Positions 58,034 through 64,000 of a stretch of 64,000 nt of DNA are shown in pieces. Numbering within the stretch: position 1 is the first letter of the stretch; every line of letters starts with the position of its first letter. This stretch comes from Thermoplasmatales archaeon SW_10_69_26 (GTDB lineage Archaea > Thermoplasmatota > SW-10-69-26), in NCBI GenBank assembly GCA_003009755.1, contig PXUB01000022.1, forward strand, positions 1-64,000, read 5' to 3'. Under the pieces are notes generated by a model that ran no database searches, was not told where the DNA came from, and worked only from the letters and a program-made list of their open reading frames with translations. Made by a program: the position numbers and the translations under genes.

Positions 58034-59027
58034 CGGCGAGCCGCGCCCATCTCAGGCCCCGCCGCGCGTCCAGCCGGCGCCCGAGGGCGACTACGAGACG
58101 ACCGAGGACGACGCGCCCGGGAAGCACGTGTGCCCGTTCTGTCCCGAGGACAGCCAGTACAGCAGCTACGCGAAGGCGAAGATCGTGCAGCACGCGACGA
58201 CGTGGTGCGAGCACGCGTCCGACGAAGTGACGCGCGCCGATGTCGAGGCGATCCTCGACCCCGACGACGAGACCACGGTCGACCAGATCCTCGCCGAGTA
58301 CGACCCTGACCACGAGCCCTCGCCGGACGCCGTCGACGAGGACACTTCCCACGAAGACGACGAGCCCGCCGAAGAGTCCATCCTGGCGAAGGGTCAAAAC
58401 GAGCCGCCGCACCCCGTCGACGAGGATCCCGACCAGGACGACGGCGAGGCGGACGATCTCGACCGGGCCGACCTGCCCGCCCTCCCCAAGGACCTCGAGC
58501 AGCACGTCAAAGAGCAGTCCTACCAGGGCGACACGGTGCGCGCCATGCTGCACCTCGCAGACCGGGGAGAGCCCGTCTCCACGAGCGATCTCGATGACGT
58601 GCTCGGCCAAGTCTGGGACCTCGACGACCCCAGCCAGCGCCGGTCCGACGCGGTCAAACTCGTGAACAAGAAGGGCTGCCTCGAGGATGAGGGCTGGGGA
58701 GAGTGGAGCCTTGCCCGGCGACACCAGCGCCGGCGGCGACGTCGACGATCCGGATCCCGGGGACCCCCCTCCTCCGAGCCCTCCTCCCCAACCGAGGACA
58801 CCAAGCCCGACCCGGAACCCGTGAGGGAGACGACCACCACCAACGAGGACTCCCCCGACAAGGACGAGCGGGCGGTCAGGCTCGAGCTCGACTCCGAGGA
58901 GGCCGAGCTCGCCGAGCAGGCGCTACGCGAGATGCTTGCCGGCATGAACCAGACGCCGTCCGGGCAGCGCACCGTCCTGAAGCTCTGGCACCGCTTAGAC
59001 GAGCAGCGACAGGAGGCCGAGCCATGA
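58026..59027 (+). CDS. Viral protein with Zn finger, acidic linker and wHTH-like domain
   Basis: CPFC..H...C, low-complexity acidic region, VSTSDLDDVLG..GWGEWSL. Confidence 0.65.
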   Translation: MPDGEPRPSQAPPRVQPAPEGDYETTEDDAPGKHVCPFCPEDSQYSSYAKAKIVQHATTWCEHASDEVTRADVEAILDPDDETTVDQILAEYDPDHEPSPDAVDEDTSHEDDEPAEESILAKGQNEPPHPVDEDPDQDDGEADDLDRADLPALPKDLEQHVKEQSYQGDTVRAMLHLADRGEPVSTSDLDDVLGQVWDLDDPSQRRSDAVKLVNKKGCLEDEGWGEWSLARRHQRRRRRRRSGSRGPPSSEPSSPTEDTKPDPEPVRETTTTNEDSPDKDERAVRLELDSEEAELAEQALREMLAGMNQTPSGQRTVLKLWHRLDEQRQEAEP

Positions 59028-59338
59028 CCCCCGACACCGTCACCCACGAAGATCTCCTCATCGAGGACAACGCGGACTGGTCGGAACCGCGCACGGTCAC
59101 TCAGGAGGACTGCGCGGCATGCGGCACCACGCACGAGATCCGATACTACCCCATCGAGGACGCTCCCGTCCCCGTCGGTGAAAAGACGATCAACGGGCGT
59201 ACCGGAGAGTGCTACCTCTTGGCCGCGGGACCGTGCCCGGAGGCCGACCGGCTCGTCCACGTCTACGCGACCCGGGATGGGTGGGACTGCCCGCCCGAGT
59301 GCAGCATCGACCACGTGCAAGACGGTCCAGACCCATGA
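59024..59338 (+). CDS. Viral Cys-rich hypothetical protein
   Basis: ATGA overlap, SD GGAGG, CAAC motif. Confidence 0.6.
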   Translation: MTPDTVTHEDLLIEDNADWSEPRTVTQEDCAACGTTHEIRYYPIEDAPVPVGEKTINGRTGECYLLAAGPCPEADRLVHVYATRDGWDCPPECSIDHVQDGPDP

Positions 59339-59351
59339 GACGGTGACACCC

Positions 59352-59807
59352 ATGAGCCAGGACGCAGACCTCCCGCCCGACGACCGCCGCTGCACGGCCA
59401 CGAACAACCGCGGCGAACGCTGCCGCAAGTACGCCATCAAGGGCGGGAACGTCTGCGAGGTCCACGGTGGTAGCGCCCCCCAGGTCAAGAAGAAGGCCGG
59501 GGAGCGGATGAGAGAGGCCGCCGCCCCCGCAATCCACGACCTCGACACCACACGGCAGGAAATCCGCGACATCCTGGCAGACCTCCTCGACGGTCTCGAC
59601 GCCGCCGACCTACTCGAGAGCGAGGACGTCGACGACGAGGACCTCCTCCACCTGGCGATGAGCCTCAGCGGCCACCACGAAGACCTCACCGCTGACATCC
59701 TCGACCGCGCCGGATACCCGAAGGCCGAACGCCGCGAGATCGCCAGCGACGAAGCCAACCCGCTCACCCTCCTGATCGACAGCCTCCGCGACGATGAACC
59801 AGCTTAA
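59352..59807 (+). CDS. Putative terminase small subunit (HGGxSTG-like Zn finger)
   Basis: RCTA..GERC..A..G..VCEVHGG motif directly upstream of TerL. Confidence 0.75.
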   Translation: MSQDADLPPDDRRCTATNNRGERCRKYAIKGGNVCEVHGGSAPQVKKKAGERMREAAAPAIHDLDTTRQEIRDILADLLDGLDAADLLESEDVDDEDLLHLAMSLSGHHEDLTADILDRAGYPKAERREIASDEANPLTLLIDSLRDDEPA

Positions 59808-61248
59808 GACCGCAGCCGAGCACCTCCAACGCCTCCGACACGAGCGCGACGTTCGCGCCCTGTGCCAGCACCTCCTCGGCTTCGACCCCAGCCCCCGCCA
59901 ACAGGAGATCATCGAGGCCATCGCCTACGAGGACCACGACCGCCTCGCCATCACGGCCCCGACCCGATACGGGAAGACGCTCGCCGTCGCCGCCGGCCTG
60001 TGCCTGCTCATCCTCCTCAACGACGAGCCGATCGGGATCGGCGTCATCAGCGCCACCAAGGGCCAGGCGAAGAAGATGCGCGACTACGTAGCCGAGTTCG
60101 TCGTCGCCTGCCCGTTGCTCGAGGAGCTGCTCGAGCTCGATGTCGGCCAGAAGGACGTCGAGCGCCTCACCAAGGAGGTCAGCCGCGAGAAGCTAACCTT
60201 CCAGGACGGCAAGACCTTCGAGATCCACTCGGCGCACGGTAAGGCCAACCGCGTCATGGGCGAGGGCGAAGAGGTGCTCGTCATCGAAGAGTGCGCCCTC
60301 ATCGACGACGACACCTACCGCGAGAAGGTGCGCCGCATGGCCGAGGGCGCCCTCTACGAAATCAGCAACCCCTGGAGCAAACACTCGGAGTTTTTCAACA
60401 GCTGGCAGAGCGACCGCTACCACAACATCCAGGTCCTCCTCGAGGACGCCCTCAAGGAATACGAGACGAACGAGGACTGGGGCGTTGACCCGGACCTCGT
60501 CGAGGAGCAACGCGAGCGCCTCGACGAGATCACGTTCACCGTCCAATACGAATCCCGATTCCCCGACGACGTTGAGGATACCCTCGTCAAGTGGAGCTGG
60601 ATCGTCGACGCCGTCGAGGCCAGCCCGCCGGACCCCGACGATCACCCTGTGGACCAGGTCCAGTACGGCATGGACGTCGCCAACGAGGGCACGGACTCGA
60701 CCGTCCTCATCCGCGTCGAGTGGCGCAACAGCGTCGCGACCGTGACGCACGTCTGGTCGTGGCAGCGCGCCGACACGCAGGAGAACGCTGACCGCGCGGA
60801 GAAACGGATCCGCGAAACCGACGGCCTCGAGGACTGGGACCTCGGCGTCGACGCCGTCGGCGAAGGCAAGGGAACCTACGACGAGATGGCCGACCGGTTC
60901 CCCGACCAAGTCCACGACTTCAAAGGCTCCCGGAAGCCGTCGAAGAAGGAGCGCCGGGAACGCGAGAGCCTCGACGCGGACGAGTACCGGTTCAAGAGCA
61001 TCAAGCACGAGGCGCACTGGCACACGCGCGACCTGTTCGAGGACGGCGCCATCCGGATCCCCGACCACGCCGACCTGAGGCAGGACTGCTCGCGGTCACG
61101 CTACGAGATTAAGCGCGGCAAGGTCCACGTCCACTTCGAGGACGAGGACAACGACAGCCCCGACCACTTCGACGCCCTCACAATCAGCCTGTTCCCCACC
61201 GACCGCTTCGCGAGCGGGATCCAGGTCGAGCCCGCCTGGACCGCCTGA
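59794..61248 (+). CDS. Terminase large subunit
   Basis: Walker A APTRYGKT, Walker B LVIEE, ISNP coupling motif, nuclease GMDVA..D, VDAVGEG.G, SPDHFDAL. Confidence 0.92.
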   Translation: MNQLKTAAEHLQRLRHERDVRALCQHLLGFDPSPRQQEIIEAIAYEDHDRLAITAPTRYGKTLAVAAGLCLLILLNDEPIGIGVISATKGQAKKMRDYVAEFVVACPLLEELLELDVGQKDVERLTKEVSREKLTFQDGKTFEIHSAHGKANRVMGEGEEVLVIEECALIDDDTYREKVRRMAEGALYEISNPWSKHSEFFNSWQSDRYHNIQVLLEDALKEYETNEDWGVDPDLVEEQRERLDEITFTVQYESRFPDDVEDTLVKWSWIVDAVEASPPDPDDHPVDQVQYGMDVANEGTDSTVLIRVEWRNSVATVTHVWSWQRADTQENADRAEKRIRETDGLEDWDLGVDAVGEGKGTYDEMADRFPDQVHDFKGSRKPSKKERRERESLDADEYRFKSIKHEAHWHTRDLFEDGAIRIPDHADLRQDCSRSRYEIKRGKVHVHFEDEDNDSPDHFDALTISLFPTDRFASGIQVEPAWTA

Positions 61249-61265
61249 CTTACAACTCCCACTCC

Positions 61266-61625
61266 ATGTCTATGAACAGCGTGCTCTACCGGGCCCGCGT
61301 CTGGCTCGCCCGCCTAGCAGCCCGTCTCCTCTTCCTTCACCCGAACGAGGTCGCGCTCACGCCCTACGAGGTCGTCCCGGACCTCGAGGACGAGCCCGAC
61401 CAGGTCCACGTCTGGGTGTGCCCCGACGCCACTGACGAGCAAGAGGTGGACCTGCTCGAGGCCGTAGAGCGCGCGCACCGTGCCCACTTCGGGCGTGAGT
61501 CACGAGCGTTGAACATCGTGACGAACGAGGCCGCTGAGGTCAGCGAGCTGCGGCGGGAGGAGGTCGAAGCCTACGTGGACCCCTGGACCAAACGCACCCC
61601 TCAGCAACGGAGGAACGGACGATGA
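61266..61625 (+). CDS. Viral hypothetical protein
   Basis: 119-aa ORF between TerL and the portal gene. Confidence 0.65.
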   Translation: MSMNSVLYRARVWLARLAARLLFLHPNEVALTPYEVVPDLEDEPDQVHVWVCPDATDEQEVDLLEAVERAHRAHFGRESRALNIVTNEAAEVSELRREEVEAYVDPWTKRTPQQRRNGR

Positions 61626-61813
61626 CGACCTCAGCATCGACATCGACGAACTCGCGCCCCAACCCCCGCTGCCCGATGCACGGCGACGACGAAGAGCCCA
61701 TCATGGGGATTCGCGTGGATGCCGACCTGACCGAGGACGAGCTCAACCAGCTCCGCGAAGAGCACCGCCAGATGAACGACGACGTCGACGTCACGCTCCA
61801 GGAGGATCGCTGA
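61622..61813 (+). CDS. Viral small hypothetical protein
   Basis: ATGA and TGATG overlaps on both sides. CPMH motif. Confidence 0.55.
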   Translation: MTTSASTSTNSRPNPRCPMHGDDEEPIMGIRVDADLTEDELNQLREEHRQMNDDVDVTLQEDR

Positions 61814-64000
61814 TGCCCACGACCACGCTGAAGAAGCAGGCCCAAATGGCCGCGGCGAACGCAGACCCCGAAGCCCCGAAGGCTCTCCGCAACACGCACC
61901 TCTGGGACACACAAGGATACGGCAGCCCGCGCTACCAGGACCTCGTCACCGCGCGAACGCTCGAGCAAACCCACACCTTGCAGATCCCGATCGGGACGAT
62001 CAAGGAGCAGATCGCGACCACGCCCATCACGGTCCGCCCCACCGTGGACGACCCGACGGACGCGCACTGGGACGCCGCCGAGCAGGTGCTGGAGTGGCTG
62101 CAGGGCAACTTCAATCCGAACCGCGAGAGCTTCAGCCACTTCCTGAAGCAGATCACGAACGACATCCTGAGCATCGACGCTGGCGTCATCGAGCTCATCC
62201 CCGACAGCGAGGGCCTCCTCTGGGGGATGAAGGCCCGCGACGGCGCCGCGTTCACAAAGGACCCTGACGAGCACGGGTTCCTCCCGGAGCCCGGCAGCGA
62301 CGACACCGCCTACTGGCAGTTCGGCGCCGGCATGGGCCACCTCGCTATCGACCGGGACAAGACCTTCCGCGAGGCTCTGCTTGAGCAGCAGCAGGTGTTC
62401 AGCCAGGCCGGGATGCAGAAACCGGTCGCGTTCACGCGCGACGAGATCTGCTGGATCGAGACGAACCCGCGCTCCTGGCACGACTACGGTCTCGGGCGCG
62501 TCCAAATCGTGCAGCGCGTCGTCGAGATCATCGCGAACCAGGACGTCGAGAACAAGCGCTTCTTCACGAGCGGTGAACTCGCCGACCTCATCATGTCGCT
62601 ACCCGGCTTCAGCGACAACGACCTGGAGAACTTTAAGGAGTTCTGGACGGACGAAGTCGTCGGGCAAGAGCACGTCGCGCCCATGGTGAACCACGAGGTC
62701 GACGTGAACCGCCTGCGCCCACCCCTGCAGGACCTGCAGTTCCTCGAGAGCCAGGAGTGGTATCACAAGCTCGTGTGGTTCGCGTTCGGCGTCCCCGTCG
62801 GCGAGGTCGGCGAAAGCGCCGAGGTCAACCGCGCCACCGCCGAGTCCCACCGAGGCACGATGTGGGAGAAGACGACGCGCCCACTCATGCACTCGATCGA
62901 GCAGGAGATCAACGACACCGTCCTCATCTTCCACCCGGCCTGGCACGAGGTCGACGGCGAGCTTGAGTTCGCGTTCGACCCCGACTTCACGCCCAAGGAC
63001 GCCGAGCGCCGGCGCCGCCAGACCGAGGACCTAGCGAACGGCTTGGCCACGATCAACGAGGTCCGCCAAGAACGCGGCGAGGAAGAGGTCCCCTGGGGCG
63101 ACCTCCCCGACCCCTTGCTTCAGGCCGTCGCACGGAACCATCCCGAATGGGCGCTCGAGCACTGGGCCGACGTCGACGACCCGCCCGAGAGCGATCCCGG
63201 CATGGGGTTGCTCGGCGCCAACCCCAATGGCGGCGGCCCCCACGACCCCGACAACGATGATGGCGCCGCCGCCACCCAATCCCGGCCCCGGTCGCAAGCG
63301 CCGACCATGCAGGCGCTTGCGACGGAGCGCGACGCGCTGCGCGACACGGACGAGGGCGAGGGCGACGAGATCCCCCGCCAGGCACGGCGAGTCATCAGCC
63401 TCGCCAGCCAGCTGGGCACGATCATCGAGCGCGAGCTCACACTCGTCCTTGAGGACTTGCAGGACGAGTGGCCCAACCAGGACGAGGCCCAGCCTGACCG
63501 GAAGGCGTTCGCCCCCGACCTCGAGACGCTGGTCGGAACCATTCGGTTCGCGCCCGCTATGAAGGCCGCGGCCGTCGCCGCTGGCGAGGACGCACTCCAG
63601 GAGAGCGTCGACACGCACGCGGAGAACCTCGAGGAGGAGATCAACGACCTCGTCGAGGACGAGCCTGAGCTTGAGCTCGACCTGGACGTGGAGGACACGG
63701 CCGCACTCAAGCGCCTCGAGGAGAACGCCGGCTGGCGCATGGAGGAAGTCGAGGACACCGTCAAGGAGCGCATCAATCGGACCTTGTCGCGCGTCGCCGA
63801 GGGGGATGGCACCGTGGGCGACATGACCGAGGCGTTGCGCGAGGAGATCGACGCGATCACAAGCGAGCACGCCCGCACGGTGGCCCGGACCGAGGTCATG
63901 GACGCCAGCCGCGAAGGCTCACAGGCCTTGGCAGAGAGCACGAGCGTCGTCAATCGGAAGGAGTGGATGGCGACCAGCGACGCCCGCACGCGTCCCTGGC
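61813..64000 (+). CDS. Portal protein fused to MuF/SPP1 gp7-like head morphogenesis domain (3' truncated, absent from the ORF track)
   Basis: Own translation from ATG 61813 with no stop seen. Portal motifs DLQFLE, FGVP, VNRATAE and TINEVRQERG, then ARTVARTEV and KEWMATSDARTRPW. Confidence 0.88.
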   Translation, partial: MPTTTLKKQAQMAAANADPEAPKALRNTHLWDTQGYGSPRYQDLVTARTLEQTHTLQIPIGTIKEQIATTPITVRPTVDDPTDAHWDAAEQVLEWLQGNFNPNRESFSHFLKQITNDILSIDAGVIELIPDSEGLLWGMKARDGAAFTKDPDEHGFLPEPGSDDTAYWQFGAGMGHLAIDRDKTFREALLEQQQVFSQAGMQKPVAFTRDEICWIETNPRSWHDYGLGRVQIVQRVVEIIANQDVENKRFFTSGELADLIMSLPGFSDNDLENFKEFWTDEVVGQEHVAPMVNHEVDVNRLRPPLQDLQFLESQEWYHKLVWFAFGVPVGEVGESAEVNRATAESHRGTMWEKTTRPLMHSIEQEINDTVLIFHPAWHEVDGELEFAFDPDFTPKDAERRRRQTEDLANGLATINEVRQERGEEEVPWGDLPDPLLQAVARNHPEWALEHWADVDDPPESDPGMGLLGANPNGGGPHDPDNDDGAAATQSRPRSQAPTMQALATERDALRDTDEGEGDEIPRQARRVISLASQLGTIIERELTLVLEDLQDEWPNQDEAQPDRKAFAPDLETLVGTIRFAPAMKAAAVAAGEDALQESVDTHAENLEEEINDLVEDEPELELDLDVEDTAALKRLEENAGWRMEEVEDTVKERINRTLSRVAEGDGTVGDMTEALREEIDAITSEHARTVARTEVMDASREGSQALAESTSVVNRKEWMATSDARTRPW

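Larger units (their letters stand above)
51240..64000 (+). mobile_element. Head-tail archaeal virus (Caudoviricetes) provirus region; left boundary uncertain, continues past the window
   Basis: Co-oriented, tightly coupled small ORFs followed by resolvase, ParB, PCNA, TerS, TerL and portal-MuF. Confidence 0.9.

Noticed and set aside
1-64000. Many long Arg/Pro/Gly-rich overlapping ORFs (e.g. 1666..3936, 24952..27528, 30541..33150)
   Set aside because: Shadow frames of real genes in high-GC DNA, with no recognisable motifs.

Overview
GC-rich archaeal DNA with a strongly acidic proteome. The TFB, Gar1, TrmY, XPD and PCNA sequences suggest a halophilic Thermoplasmatota-like host (inference). About 1-45 kb is chromosomal backbone: argS, trmY, XPD helicase, a FecCD/BtuCDF-type ABC operon, an arsR-aquaporin-arsC cluster with crcB, an RNase J-like gene, dcd, purA and gar1-tfb. 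It includes two lower-GC islets at about 6.1-12.1 kb and 33.2-34.4 kb. After tfb come a duplicated tfb 3' end embedded in an array of hairpins, then decayed genes and a tandem non-coding duplication. From about 51.2 kb to the window end lies a head-tail archaeal (pro)virus: RuvC-like resolvase, ParB, PCNA, TerS, TerL and a portal-MuF fusion. The most unusual signals are (1) a three-module hairpin array at a 51-bp duplication of the tfb 3' end, with different stem sequences but conserved GA/GAA linkers and a CCGTG loop motif; (2) an FTR1 iron permease fused to a ferrochelatase-like domain under a DtxR-type box; and (3) a degenerate 88-124-bp intergenic tandem repeat at 11.7-12.1 kb. No CRISPR array, tRNA, rRNA or integrase was recognised. 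All calls are from motif reading by eye, with no database searches.
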